Assembly (NCBI GenBank): GCA_963735805.1
Contig: CAVTMK010000002.1
Location: 1,024,001-1,088,000 of the forward strand
From: an uncultured Verrucomicrobiae bacterium
GTDB lineage: Bacteria > Verrucomicrobiota > Verrucomicrobiia > Chthoniobacterales > UBA10450
DNA: 64,000 nt
Direction of reading: 5' to 3'
Part shown: piece after piece, positions 19,969 to 29,591 of the stretch
Position numbering within the stretch: position 1 is the first letter of the stretch
How the letters are laid out: every line of letters begins with the position of its first letter
Translations under genes and position numbers: made by a program
Notes under the pieces: model-generated
What the model was told of the DNA's origin: nothing
Database searches by the model: none
The model's input: only the letters and a program-made list of their open reading frames with translations

Positions 19969-21138
19969 TTAATATCTTGGCACGCTGGGATCGATTTGAT
20001 CCGACCACGCATCGATTCCGCCTTCGAGATTATAAATTTTAGTGAAACCACGCTGTTGTAGCAGTCGAACTGCCTGCGCGCTGCGTTTTCCACTGTGACA
20101 ATGAACTATGATCGGTCTCTCCCGTTCCAACTCGTCTAATCGTTCGGTAAAATCTCCCAAAGGGATCAATTTTGAGCCTTCGATTCGGGCAATTTCGTAC
20201 TCGAACGGTTCGCGCACATCGATTAACTCGAAAGGCTCCCCTGCATCCATCCTTCGCTTTAGTTCGTGCGGCGATATCTCCGCCACCGCTCCCTCGTCGC
20301 GCACTCCGCAAAATTCTTCGTAATCGATAGGCGAGAAGATTGACGGGTTTTCGCCGCACACTGGACATTGCGGATCGCACCGCAGATGAAGTTCGCGAAA
20401 TTTTGTCTTAAGCGCATCGAAATATAGAAGACGTCCAATGAGTGTCTCGCCGATACCCAAAATCAGTTTCAATGTCTCAATGGCCTGTAGCATGCCGACG
20501 ATTCCCGGCAAAACACCAAGCACGCCGGCTTGCGCGCAGTTCGGAACTGACTCCGGTGGGGGCGGCTCAGGAAAAAGGCAGCGGTAGCACGGGCCGCCCA
20601 GGTGAGGGGCGAACACGGTTGTTTGTCCTTCGAAGCGAAATACCGAGCCGTAGACGTTTGGCTTACGCGCAAAAACGCAGACATCGTTCGACAAATATCG
20701 CGTCGGAAAATTATCCGATCCGTCAACGACCACATCGTATCCGGACACAAGTTGCGAACCGTTTACACTGGAGAACCGGCACTCGTGTAATTCGATCTCG
20801 ATTCGCGGATTCATATCATGGAGACGATCCCGCGCCGATTCCAACTTGCTTCGGCCGATGTCTTTTGTTCCATGAAGAATTTGCCGTTGAAGATTGGAAA
20901 GATCGACATCGTCGAAATCGACAATCCCGATGTGGCCGATGCCGGCAGCTGCCAAATAAAGCGCAGCAGGCGATCCGAGCCCTCCGGCGCCGATGCACAA
21001 GACACGCGCGGCTTTGAGTCGATTCTGCCCCTCTGATGTCACCTCAGGCATAATGAGGTGGCGCGAGTAGCGTTGCAGTTCCTCGACGTTCAACTGCATC
21101 TCGTTGCTGCGCTTGTCATCAATAATGCTCCGATTCAT
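19969..21138 (-). CDS. moeB: Molybdopterin-synthase adenylyltransferase with rhodanese domain (MoeB/MoeZ)
   Basis: RYSRHLI, GAGGLGS, SNLQRQ, CYRC, C-terminal HCHSGKRS. Alternative start at 21099. Confidence 0.93.
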   Translation of the reverse strand: MNRSIIDDKRSNEMQLNVEELQRYSRHLIMPEVTSEGQNRLKAARVLCIGAGGLGSPAALYLAAAGIGHIGIVDFDDVDLSNLQRQILHGTKDIGRSKLESARDRLHDMNPRIEIELHECRFSSVNGSQLVSGYDVVVDGSDNFPTRYLSNDVCVFARKPNVYGSVFRFEGQTTVFAPHLGGPCYRCLFPEPPPPESVPNCAQAGVLGVLPGIVGMLQAIETLKLILGIGETLIGRLLYFDALKTKFRELHLRCDPQCPVCGENPSIFSPIDYEEFCGVRDEGAVAEISPHELKRRMDAGEPFELIDVREPFEYEIARIEGSKLIPLGDFTERLDELERERPIIVHCHSGKRSAQAVRLLQQRGFTKIYNLEGGIDAWSDQIDPSVPRY

Positions 21139-21275
21139 ATGCGAACGGTTACTTTAGCACAACGTCCTGGAACTTTAGCCGGGATCGGTCGACGCCGGTT
21201 TAATTCGACCCCACTTTCCGCGCGGATGGTATCACGCCGAAAGCTTTCGAGGCTGAAAACTCTCCGATGTTAACG

Positions 21276-21833
21276 CTACTCTGTGACCTTTACTGGTGTG
21301 CCGACGGGGGCGTTCTCGAAAAATGTTCTCGCCATTCCCTTTGGTAAGCGAATGCAACCGTGGGAAGCAGCAAAGGGCGGTACGTATCCCTGATGCATCG
21401 CGTAGCCGCCTCTGAAGAACATTGCATACGGCATTTGCGCTCCATCGAAATGTGAGCCCGACGGACGCTTGTCCTTCCGAGCGTCAATGTTTGACCTCAC
21501 CACATTGCCATAATCATCCACGTAATCGCCGAATATCGTTGAGACATGGTCTGGGCTCTTTGAGAGAACAGAATAGCTTCCTGGCGGCGTAGAAAACCCG
21601 GGCTTGCCGGTCGAGACGGTCGATTCGCCAACAAGCCGTTTGCCTTTGTAAAAATAGGCCTTCTGTTCGCCGATATGGACGACAATCCGCGCCGGACCCG
21701 AAGCGCCTTCGTCGTTCCACCAGCCCACTTCGGCAGCGCGAGGATATGGGCCCTCTGGAATGGTCTCACAACCGCAAATGATCGCTGCTATCAGGGCCGC
21801 ACCTGCTATCCGAAGCAAACAGTAAGGGTTCAT
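21276..21833 (-). CDS. L,D-transpeptidase (YkuD family) lipoprotein
   Basis: VSTGKPG, MPYAM, H...ASHGCIRL; lipobox ICGC. Confidence 0.9.
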   Translation of the reverse strand: MNPYCLLRIAGAALIAAIICGCETIPEGPYPRAAEVGWWNDEGASGPARIVVHIGEQKAYFYKGKRLVGESTVSTGKPGFSTPPGSYSVLSKSPDHVSTIFGDYVDDYGNVVRSNIDARKDKRPSGSHFDGAQMPYAMFFRGGYAMHQGYVPPFAASHGCIRLPKGMARTFFENAPVGTPVKVTE

Positions 21834-21940
21834 GGAGGCGCATATTTATCCGCGTTTGGTTAGGCCGCTTCAACTTAAATTATAGATTTTCAATCTGGTT
21901 GCCCTTCACCCGTGAATTAGCCACCCGTTCAAGCCGCTGT

Positions 21941-21968
21941 TTGACGCTGACCGCGTCACAAATACGCT
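21941..21968 (+). promoter_or_regulatory. Sigma70-type promoter with overlapping inverted repeat upstream of the 3-HAA dioxygenase gene
   Basis: TTGACG-16 nt-TACGCT, 7 nt before ATG; TGACGC-N5-GCGTCA overlaps the -35. Confidence 0.55.
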
Positions 21969-21975
21969 CTTTACC

Positions 21976-22518
21976 ATGCCCACTGTGCAACCGCCGATTG
22001 ATTTAGAGAGTTGGATCGACAAAAACCGCGAGAAATTTAAACCACCGGTGAGCAATCGCTATCTCTACGACGGCCGCGATTTTTTCGTAATGGTCATCAA
22101 AGGGCCGAACGCGCGGAACGACTTTCACCTTGTCGATTCGGAAGAGTATTTCTACCAGCTAAAGGGCGACATTAAGGTGCGGGTCCGCGAAGGCGACCGC
22201 ATCGTGGATCATGTCGTCAGAGAAGGCGAAACATTCTTTATACCGCCCAATGTACCGCATTCGCCCCAACGCCCATCGGATACGATTGGTGTCGTGGTCG
22301 AACGCCGCCGGCCGCCCGGAGAGAAGGAGCACGTTATTTTCTATTGTGAAAATTGCGGCTCATTAGTGGAAGACATCCATTTCGACTGCGCAGATATCGT
22401 GGAGCATTTCAGCAAGGCGATGGTCGATTTCTGGAATGACGACACGCGTCGTACCTGCAAGAAGTGCGGTACAAAGGTCGAAAAACCAGAGCCAATGAGA
22501 TCGCTTCAGGACGTTTGA
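21976..22518 (+). CDS. nbaC: 3-hydroxyanthranilate 3,4-dioxygenase
   Basis: KPPVSN, GPNARNDFH, EEYFYQLKG, PHSPQR, and two CxxC pairs of the rubredoxin-like site. Confidence 0.95.
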   Translation: MPTVQPPIDLESWIDKNREKFKPPVSNRYLYDGRDFFVMVIKGPNARNDFHLVDSEEYFYQLKGDIKVRVREGDRIVDHVVREGETFFIPPNVPHSPQRPSDTIGVVVERRRPPGEKEHVIFYCENCGSLVEDIHFDCADIVEHFSKAMVDFWNDDTRRTCKKCGTKVEKPEPMRSLQDV

Positions 22519-22568
22519 ATCGGCACCGAACGCTTTCGGAGTTCACAGAATCGCCCTAAAATTCGCGC

Positions 22569-23606
22569 GTGAAGATCGACCTGCATACCCACATTCTGCC
22601 GCGCAACTGGCCGGACCTCGACGCGAAATACGGCTACGGCGGATTCGTCAGGCTTGATCATTATCAGCCGTGTTGTGCTCGCATGATGATGGGCGACCGC
22701 GTTTTTCGGGAGATCACCGACAACGTGTGGGATCCTGCGCGGCGGATCGAGGAATGCGATCGCGACCGTGTTTCGATGCAGGTGCTTTCGACTGTGCCGG
22801 TGATGTTCAGCTACTGGGCTAAACCTGCTGACGCATTGGATCTTTCCCGGCGACTAAACGACCACATTGCCGGAGTTGTTCGTGATCATCCGAAACGATT
22901 CGCAGGCTTGGCGACAATCCCGATGCAGGATCCGGATCTGGCAGCAGGCGAACTGGAGCGATGCGTCCGCGAGCTGGGCTTGTGCGGCGCCGAGATCGGC
23001 ACGCACGTGGATCCAAATCCGCATTCCGGGCGAATCGACACCTTGAATCTGGACAATGCGTCGCTTCAGCCCGTCTGGAGCACCGCCGAACGCCTCAACG
23101 CAGCAATTTTTGTTCACCCCTGGGACATGTTAGGCAAGGAACGGATGCCCAAGTATTGGCTACCATGGCTTGTTGGGATGCCGGCTGAAACCTCGTTGGC
23201 GATCTGCTCGATGATCTTTGGCGGTGTGTTCGAGCGCTTTCCCAAGCTTCGTGTTGCTTTCGCCCACGGTGGCGGAGCATTTCCGTTTAGCATTGGTCGC
23301 GTCGAACGCGCGTTTCATGTGCGGCCAGATCTGGTCGCGGTAGAGAACAGTACAAATCCACGCGCATATCTTGCTTCCGGCAAGACGCCCGCGCGATTCT
23401 ACGTCGATTCGCTTGTTCACGACACGGATGCGCTGGCCTTTTTAGTAAAGCTGTTCGGCGCGCAACGCGTCGCGTTGGGATCCGATTACCCATTTCCGTT
23501 AGGCGAGGCAAAACCAGGCCACCTAATCGAATCGACAAAACTTTCAGCGAAAGAGAAAGCGCAACTGCTCTTCGGAACTGCGCGCGAATTTCTTGGCCTT
23601 TGTTAA
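22569..23606 (+). CDS. nbaD: 2-amino-3-carboxymuconate-6-semialdehyde decarboxylase (ACMSD)
   Basis: IDLHTH, STVPVMFSYW, FVHPWDM, WLVGMPAET, AHGGG, GSDYPFPLGE. Confidence 0.95.
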   Translation: MKIDLHTHILPRNWPDLDAKYGYGGFVRLDHYQPCCARMMMGDRVFREITDNVWDPARRIEECDRDRVSMQVLSTVPVMFSYWAKPADALDLSRRLNDHIAGVVRDHPKRFAGLATIPMQDPDLAAGELERCVRELGLCGAEIGTHVDPNPHSGRIDTLNLDNASLQPVWSTAERLNAAIFVHPWDMLGKERMPKYWLPWLVGMPAETSLAICSMIFGGVFERFPKLRVAFAHGGGAFPFSIGRVERAFHVRPDLVAVENSTNPRAYLASGKTPARFYVDSLVHDTDALAFLVKLFGAQRVALGSDYPFPLGEAKPGHLIESTKLSAKEKAQLLFGTAREFLGLC

Positions 23607-23638
23607 GCGTCAAAACGCTCAACGGGATGTTTCACGCG

Positions 23639-24427
23639 CTACATTTCGTGTCGGATGGCCCAAAGATCGTGAAATACCGGCTTGAACAATGATTCTTTCA
23701 GAAACGGGACGCCCGGGGATCCACCAGTGCCTTTCTTCGCGCCGATCGTCCGCTCAACCAGTTTGATGTGGCGGTAACGCCACTCCTGCAATCCTTCATC
23801 AAAATCGGTCATCAATTCGAATAGAATCGAACATTCGGGAGAATTCTTGTACAGCTGTAGAACCTCCGCCTGTACACGCTCGTCGGGTTCATTTGGTTTG
23901 GTGAGGTCGCGATTCTTCAATTCCGCGGGAATTTGCGCTCCGCGCGCAGCAAGAAAATCGTAGAAATGATCGACTACAGTGCGTTCCCGGAGCAATTGTT
24001 CCAGCCGAGCATATCCAGGAAAATCCGGCTTGAGATATTTGAGGGTTGATCCGCGTTTGTATCCGAGGGCGAATTCAATTTCCCTAAATTGCACTGATTG
24101 AAATCCCGATGCCGTTTCAAGCCGGTCTCGAAAGCTTGAAAACGACGATGGCGTCATCGTTTCAAGAATATCCACCTGCGCGACCAGGACCTTCATGATT
24201 GTGCGCACGCGTTTGAATGCGTGAATCGCGCCGAAAAGATGGCCTGCCGAAAAATCTCTCTTTATCCTTTCGAATTCATGCAGCAACTGCTTGAACCACA
24301 GCTCGTACGTTTGATGAATGATGATGAAGAGCATCTCATCGTGTTCCGGTGGACTTGACCGCGGTTTCTGGAGTGTAAGCAAGTTCTCCAGATCAAGGTA
24401 ACTCGCATAAGTGAGAGGGGGTGGCAT
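23639..24427 (-). CDS. kynA: Tryptophan 2,3-dioxygenase
   Basis: TYASYLDL, HDEMLFIIIHQTYELWFK, ASGFQSVQFR, GTGGS. Confidence 0.96.
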   Translation of the reverse strand: MPPPLTYASYLDLENLLTLQKPRSSPPEHDEMLFIIIHQTYELWFKQLLHEFERIKRDFSAGHLFGAIHAFKRVRTIMKVLVAQVDILETMTPSSFSSFRDRLETASGFQSVQFREIEFALGYKRGSTLKYLKPDFPGYARLEQLLRERTVVDHFYDFLAARGAQIPAELKNRDLTKPNEPDERVQAEVLQLYKNSPECSILFELMTDFDEGLQEWRYRHIKLVERTIGAKKGTGGSPGVPFLKESLFKPVFHDLWAIRHEM

Positions 24428-24539
24428 AGCCGTGTTGGATATTAGATGCTGGATGCTGGATGATAAAAGCTGTTTCTCTGCAAGTTCGTACCGGCGCTTA
24501 CGGCAGAAATCCAATCAGCGATTCAACGCTTCACCTGCG

Positions 24540-25694
24540 CTACGGAACGTGGCGCAAATACTCCCGATCCCACGCTGCCGGGATGCTTTCACGCGTCGAA
24601 TACGGCCCTGGCTCATACGCGCGCGAGGTAATACCTTTTTGACTCAGTTCGCACACGTGCCAGTCCTGCTTGTTGGTCATGTCCCAAAACTCGATCGCGT
24701 CATCGGGTTCAAAATCACTGTGTTTAAATGCGTCCGGGTGAAAAAACCAATCGCACAGGATCAGTGTGCGCTCCGGCGACTGCGGCCAAAGTTGATGTAC
24801 CATCGCGTAATCGGGATGCAGGCTCAGCAGCATGTTCGGAAAAATCGAATAATAGAAGACGAGCCGGAAATCCTCTTCACCAAATTGTTCCATTGGCAAG
24901 GCGCAGGCGTTTCCACTCATGGTCAGGCTTTTGCCTTTGGCGATCTGCATGAATCCACCAAGGAACGGTCCCTCAGTTAGATCGTTCTCCGCGGAGTCAT
25001 ACGGCGAGATTTTCGACAGCTCTGGATGTACGCCCAGGCAGTGATAACACTCTGAATAGTTTTCAAAAATCAACTTCCAGTTGGCTCGCACATCATATTC
25101 GATCCGCTTTGCCGAGCGAAGCGTTGGCAAGTTCCAGCGCGAAAATTTGCCAGCCAACGGCGCGAACCAGTCCTCAAGCGAAGCGTAGCTGTCTCGTTGC
25201 GTCAAGGTGTCGGCCAGGTTCGCAAAAATGAATCCCTCCCACAGAGCAAGGTTGGCCGGATGCAACGAATACTCGGTCTTGTCAAAGCCCGGAACGTCAT
25301 CCATGTGTGGCGCGCCGAGTAATCGTCCATCGAACGCATAAGTCCAGGCGTGATAGGGACATTGAATTCCTGCGGTTAGCCGGCCGTTTCTATCTTCAAT
25401 CACTCGACTTCCGCGGTGGCGACAAACATTGTAAAAGCCGTGGATCGTTCCGCGTTTATCGCGAACAATGATCAAGCTCTCACGCGCGACCTCTGCGGTA
25501 AAATAATCACCAGCTTGCGCGATCTGACTCTGATGTCCAACCAACACCCATTGCTTCGAGAAGATCTTCTCCTGCTCCTGCGCAAAAATCTCCGGGGAGA
25601 CGAAATAGCGTTGGGCCAAGCTCTTGGCGCCAGTTGTGAATGTCTCAGTGGGCTTGCGAAACGAAGGCACTACGTTAATCGGCATCGATCGCAT
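24540..25694 (-). CDS. Rieske non-heme iron oxygenase alpha subunit (GbcA/choline monooxygenase-like; start uncertain)
   Basis: CRHRG...CPYHAW Rieske ligands; NWKLIFENYSECYHC...H mononuclear iron site. Confidence 0.9.
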   Translation of the reverse strand: MRSMPINVVPSFRKPTETFTTGAKSLAQRYFVSPEIFAQEQEKIFSKQWVLVGHQSQIAQAGDYFTAEVARESLIIVRDKRGTIHGFYNVCRHRGSRVIEDRNGRLTAGIQCPYHAWTYAFDGRLLGAPHMDDVPGFDKTEYSLHPANLALWEGFIFANLADTLTQRDSYASLEDWFAPLAGKFSRWNLPTLRSAKRIEYDVRANWKLIFENYSECYHCLGVHPELSKISPYDSAENDLTEGPFLGGFMQIAKGKSLTMSGNACALPMEQFGEEDFRLVFYYSIFPNMLLSLHPDYAMVHQLWPQSPERTLILCDWFFHPDAFKHSDFEPDDAIEFWDMTNKQDWHVCELSQKGITSRAYEPGPYSTRESIPAAWDREYLRHVP

Positions 25695-25808
25695 TTGAGA
25701 ATGCTCCACGCCGCCTAGCTTTGCGTCAATGCGGTAATCGCACGCGAAGCGCGACCGCATCTCGGCTGCCGTGCCGAGACAAACCGTTTTCGTTCCGCTG
25801 TGGTTTCC

Positions 25809-26252
25809 CTACTTGAGGACCACCTGATGAAACTCGTACCAATCGTCGAGATTGTTCAGATTCACTGCGTCCTTCGGAGACGAAGCGTCATCTGTGATAC
25901 CGCTTGCACCCAGAACGCCCTTCCGCGTCTCGTCATCGTGATTGTAACCACGCACCGCGGCGTTGTGCTTTTCAATCGCTCCTTGGTTGAGCGACTTGGC
26001 GTTTTTCTTCACCCAGGCTTCGAATTCAGGATAGGTCGGTTTTTCTTGTTTGATGTAATCCTTGACTGCCTGCTCTTCGAGTCCGAGCGCAGCACAAGTC
26101 ATCGCATCAAAACCTCTGCCGATGCCCGGATAGCCAGAGGCAAGCTTACCTTGTGATTCGAGCGAGACTTTCAACCAGAGCCGGGGAAGATGAAGAACCC
26201 CGAGTGGTCCGGCGACGCCCGAGCTGATCATTGGAACATATGTATCGACCAT
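25809..26252 (-). CDS. Hypothetical protein, DUF5069-like
   Basis: GVLHLPRLWLK...D pattern recalled for this family; clean ORF. Confidence 0.6.
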   Translation of the reverse strand: MVDTYVPMISSGVAGPLGVLHLPRLWLKVSLESQGKLASGYPGIGRGFDAMTCAALGLEEQAVKDYIKQEKPTYPEFEAWVKKNAKSLNQGAIEKHNAAVRGYNHDDETRKGVLGASGITDDASSPKDAVNLNNLDDWYEFHQVVLK

Positions 26253-26310
26253 AGTATCATTTTGTTAATCCCCCCTCGAGCGAATTGCAAGTTCGTGCGT
26301 CCTGCGAGTC

Positions 26311-26946
26311 TTATTCGCTGTCGATATCAGGCTTTGGTAAAGGCGATGAGATTTCTATCTGTGTAATCTTGCCGTCGGGCTCGCGGCTGGCCTCGAGTTC
26401 CACTTCTTGCCTGGGATCGGTGCGTGTGCTGAGAAACAAGATCCTCGTGATCTTTCCGTTCACATTAATCTTGTTAAGGCTCTGATTGAGATTGTTCGCT
26501 GCGGTTGCTGCCCCTTGCCAGCTGTCAGCTATTTTCTCTGGAGTAAGCGATGAGGTGCCGGTTTGAACGATTTTTACCTGGTCATCCACGATTTTTCTGG
26601 CTGGAGCTCCAGCGGGCTTGAATTCGGGAGTAGTCGGCGTCCAATCGGGTAATCTGACTGGTCCCGGGGCTTCAAGTTGCTTCTTCAAGGCGGCGGCCAG
26701 TTTTTCCTTTTCGCGCTTTTCCTGCTCCTCCTGTCGCGCTTCCTCTTCTTTCGCCTGAGACAGCATTTCCGCGAGTTTCTTCTTTGTATCTGGTGGTGTA
26801 GGGTTGTCTTTCTGAAGTTGTTTTGCCTCCTTTAACATCTCCTTCAAATCAGGATCATTCAGCGGGTTGTCCTGTGCGCGAAGAAGCGGAATGAAAAGCA
26901 GGCAGTTGATAACCAAAATAGAAAAAAAGCGAGCTTGTGGGTGCAT
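26311..26946 (-). CDS. Secreted hypothetical protein
   Basis: Signal peptide MHPQARFF...LRA, charged helical region, C-terminal beta-rich part. Confidence 0.7.
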   Translation of the reverse strand: MHPQARFFSILVINCLLFIPLLRAQDNPLNDPDLKEMLKEAKQLQKDNPTPPDTKKKLAEMLSQAKEEEARQEEQEKREKEKLAAALKKQLEAPGPVRLPDWTPTTPEFKPAGAPARKIVDDQVKIVQTGTSSLTPEKIADSWQGAATAANNLNQSLNKINVNGKITRILFLSTRTDPRQEVELEASREPDGKITQIEISSPLPKPDIDSE

Positions 26947-27132
26947 TGCGGGAGAATAACAAGCGTCCCGCTGCTTACAATTCAAATGGACTGAGTGAAG
27001 GTCGTTTGGACCAGCCAAAAGCCTGCCCGAGCGGACGATCAAATTTCTTTCCCTCTCTGGCCATTTTTGCATTGCTTTGTCGCGGCGGATCGCATCGGTG
27101 TCCAATTAATCGAGTGGGCTAATCCTCATCTA

Positions 27133-27165
27133 TTGACGACATCGAATACTACGATATCGTAATAT
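27133..27165 (+). promoter_or_regulatory. Promoter overlapped by a 20-bp palindrome, probable MarR operator
   Basis: TTGACG-16 nt-TATCGT; palindrome ATACTACGATATCGTAATAT at 27146-27165 with perfect 12-bp core. Confidence 0.7.
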
Positions 27166-27166
27166 C

Positions 27167-27313
27167 ATGTTGAAAACTCATTTCAGGATGTGTGCCCGGG
27201 GCGTGCTGCTGGTTCAAGTGGCATTGGCTGCAAAAGCGGGGACGGCGCCGGTCAAACAGCAGGCGCAATCTTTCACAATTCTGTTGAACAGCTCGGTCGC
27301 GGATCGTCCATGA
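27167..27313 (+). pseudogene. 48-aa ORF with signal-peptide-like N-terminus, probable truncated first gene of the MarR operon
   Basis: MLKTHFRMCARGVLLVQVALAAKAGTAPVKQQAQSFTILLNSSVADRP*; ATG 6 nt after the -10; ATGA overlap with the next gene. Confidence 0.45.
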
Positions 27314-27765
27314 CTGACGCGGAATTGACCCGGGCGCTCGAGCGAGGCGATATCGCGAACGAAGATTTCCGTCATGCGTCCCATTTGCACGTGGCATGGG
27401 TGTATCTCGCCGAGTCCTCATCGGCGCAGCAGGCTGCCAACAAAATGCGCGATACATTACGCCGATTCGCCCTGGCCGCGGGTAGACCTGAAAAATATCA
27501 CGAGACCATTACGTTGTTTTGGGTGCATCTTCTCGCGCGCGCCTATGTGGCCAGCCGCGGAGGACGCCTGGAAGAAATCGTCCATGCACACCCGCAATTA
27601 CTGGAAAAGAATCTGCCACTCGTTTACTATTCGGCCGAGCGGCTTTTTAGTGACAAAGCGCGAGCTTTATGGGTAGAACCCGATTTGAAGCCGGTTTCAA
27701 TCGATGCCATTGCGACTTGTTCATCCGGTCCACCGCGCGACGCACCGGATCGGTCTTTATCTTGA
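27310..27765 (+). CDS. Conserved hypothetical protein with His motifs
   Basis: FRHASHLHVAW and KYHETIT...WVEPDLKP. Confidence 0.75.
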   Translation: MTDAELTRALERGDIANEDFRHASHLHVAWVYLAESSSAQQAANKMRDTLRRFALAAGRPEKYHETITLFWVHLLARAYVASRGGRLEEIVHAHPQLLEKNLPLVYYSAERLFSDKARALWVEPDLKPVSIDAIATCSSGPPRDAPDRSLS

Positions 27766-28171
27766 CGACTTAAGAGAGCGCGGCTTAACGCAGGGAGAAG
27801 CACATATCTTAGGGTTGCTGGCTCATTGCGGCCGCGCCAACTTGGGCGATCTGCATCGTGGCCTCGCGCACAAGAGGTCGACACTGACCAGCATTCTTGA
27901 TCGCCTGGCTAGGCGCGGGCTGATCACCCGGGCAGTTGGAGAAACAGATCGGCGCACGTTCGTCGTGAGACTAACAGCAAAAGGCCGAAAGTTGGCGCGA
28001 CGCGTCCAGAGTCACTTATCCGCATTAGAACGCGCCGTTGTCCGTCGCGTTACCACGGCCGATATCAAGGGTTTCAACAAGGTTGTCGCTGCGCTCGAAC
28101 AGGAAGCGCATCAGCGTGCGGGTTCTCGAGGCGTTGAAGCGAATCGTAAGCGCGGGAAAGCGGTTTTGTGA
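27704..28171 (+). CDS. MarR family transcriptional regulator
   Basis: STLTSILDRL..RGLI.R....DRR...V.LT.KG winged helix. Confidence 0.9.
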   Translation: MPLRLVHPVHRATHRIGLYLDDLRERGLTQGEAHILGLLAHCGRANLGDLHRGLAHKRSTLTSILDRLARRGLITRAVGETDRRTFVVRLTAKGRKLARRVQSHLSALERAVVRRVTTADIKGFNKVVAALEQEAHQRAGSRGVEANRKRGKAVL

Positions 28172-28202
28172 AACTCGAGGGGTTAGATCGATTTTATTGG
28201 TG

Positions 28203-29531
28203 CTAAAAGCGGTGTAGCAAAACTGCGAGCGCCAGGATCCCCATCAACACAAGAATGATAAGAGCAGTGAAGAGAATTCGATCTTGCAGGCGAGCACGCC
28301 GCGCGGCTTGCGCGTATGGAACGCGGGTGAAGGTAACCATTGTATAAAGGGGTAGATACAGACCAGGCAGCGCGGCTTCGAGCAGGTGATCGAGTTTTTT
28401 TTTCGCGCGAAATGTCCTCGACGCCGTTTTGTCGCGCATTTCAATGAAATTGCCAACCGCCAGATCGGCAAGCGCGTCTGCATTCTCCTTTCGACTACCG
28501 AAGTATTCTGCAAATGCACGTTCGCGACTGTCGGAGAATTTCTGGAGGCACTCATCGAGCACGATGCAATCCTCAAATGCGGCGTTCATTCCCTGACCAT
28601 AGAACGGCACGACTGCGTGCGCGGCATCCCCTAACAGGCAAACTTTGTCGCGGTAGTACCACGGCGCGCAACGAACGGTCACAAGCGAGCCGGTTGGATT
28701 GTTCTTGAAATCCTCGAGCAGCATCGGCATGAGCGGAATGGCATCAGGAAATTCTTCATCGAAGAAGCGCTGCACATCGTCATCTGTCCTTGTTGTGGAG
28801 AAACTGCGCGGGCCCTTGAATTCCCAGAAAAGGGTGCAGGTGAACGACCCGTCAGGGTTTGGTAGCGCAATCATCATAAAGCTTTTGCGCGGCCAGATGT
28901 GCAGGGCGTTTTTCTCGATTTGCCACGACCCGTCCGATGAAGGCGGGATTGTCAGCTCTTTGTATCCGTGTGCGAGATAACTCTCGTTGTATTGAAAATT
29001 ATCGATCTTTCGCCGCATTGAGTCGCGCACCGCGGAGAATGCGCCATCCACCCCGATGACTGCATCGCTATCCACAGTCAATTCGCCGGTCTCGGTTTCG
29101 AAAAGACAGCCCGCTCCATCCAGATCGACGTCGGTGCATTTGCGATTGAAATGGACGTGCACGTTCGGGTAACGCTGGGCCGCTTCGATTAATGTGGTGT
29201 TAAGGGAAGCGCGCCCGATTGAGTTGATGCATTTATTGGGATCGACATCGTACGGCGCGAAATGCAGCGCTCCGGATTTATCATGTATCATCCGGCCCCG
29301 CATCGGGATCGCGTGACGCAATGCTTCATCAGCAATTCCGATTTGTTCGAGCGCATGAATCCCACGTGTCGAAATTGCCAAGTTAATTGAGCGTCCACCA
29401 ACAATATTGCCTTCACGCGGGTCCGAGCGGCGTTCGTATAGATCGACATCGTAGCCGCGTCGACCCAAGTACGCTGCGAGCAACCCTCCCGCCAAGCCGC
29501 TGCCGATTAGGGTGAATCTCGTCAGCCTCAA
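28203..29531 (-). CDS. kmo: Kynurenine 3-monooxygenase
   Basis: GSGLAG, GRSINLAISTRG, ALHIWPR, IALPNPDGSFTCTLF, GDAAHAVVPFYGQGMN. Confidence 0.96.
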   Translation of the reverse strand: MRLTRFTLIGSGLAGGLLAAYLGRRGYDVDLYERRSDPREGNIVGGRSINLAISTRGIHALEQIGIADEALRHAIPMRGRMIHDKSGALHFAPYDVDPNKCINSIGRASLNTTLIEAAQRYPNVHVHFNRKCTDVDLDGAGCLFETETGELTVDSDAVIGVDGAFSAVRDSMRRKIDNFQYNESYLAHGYKELTIPPSSDGSWQIEKNALHIWPRKSFMMIALPNPDGSFTCTLFWEFKGPRSFSTTRTDDDVQRFFDEEFPDAIPLMPMLLEDFKNNPTGSLVTVRCAPWYYRDKVCLLGDAAHAVVPFYGQGMNAAFEDCIVLDECLQKFSDSRERAFAEYFGSRKENADALADLAVGNFIEMRDKTASRTFRAKKKLDHLLEAALPGLYLPLYTMVTFTRVPYAQAARRARLQDRILFTALIILVLMGILALAVLLHRF

Positions 29532-29591
29532 CTATCTCCCTTGGATTTCACGACGGCATTAATCGCGGAAGCGGTGCCTTCGGAAAGACCG

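Noticed and set aside
19969..21138. MoeB plus JAB protein as a ubiquitin-like defence system
   Set aside because: MoeB-rhodanese is the ordinary sulfur-transfer type, and radC is about 24 kb away with no E2 or CD-NTase gene.
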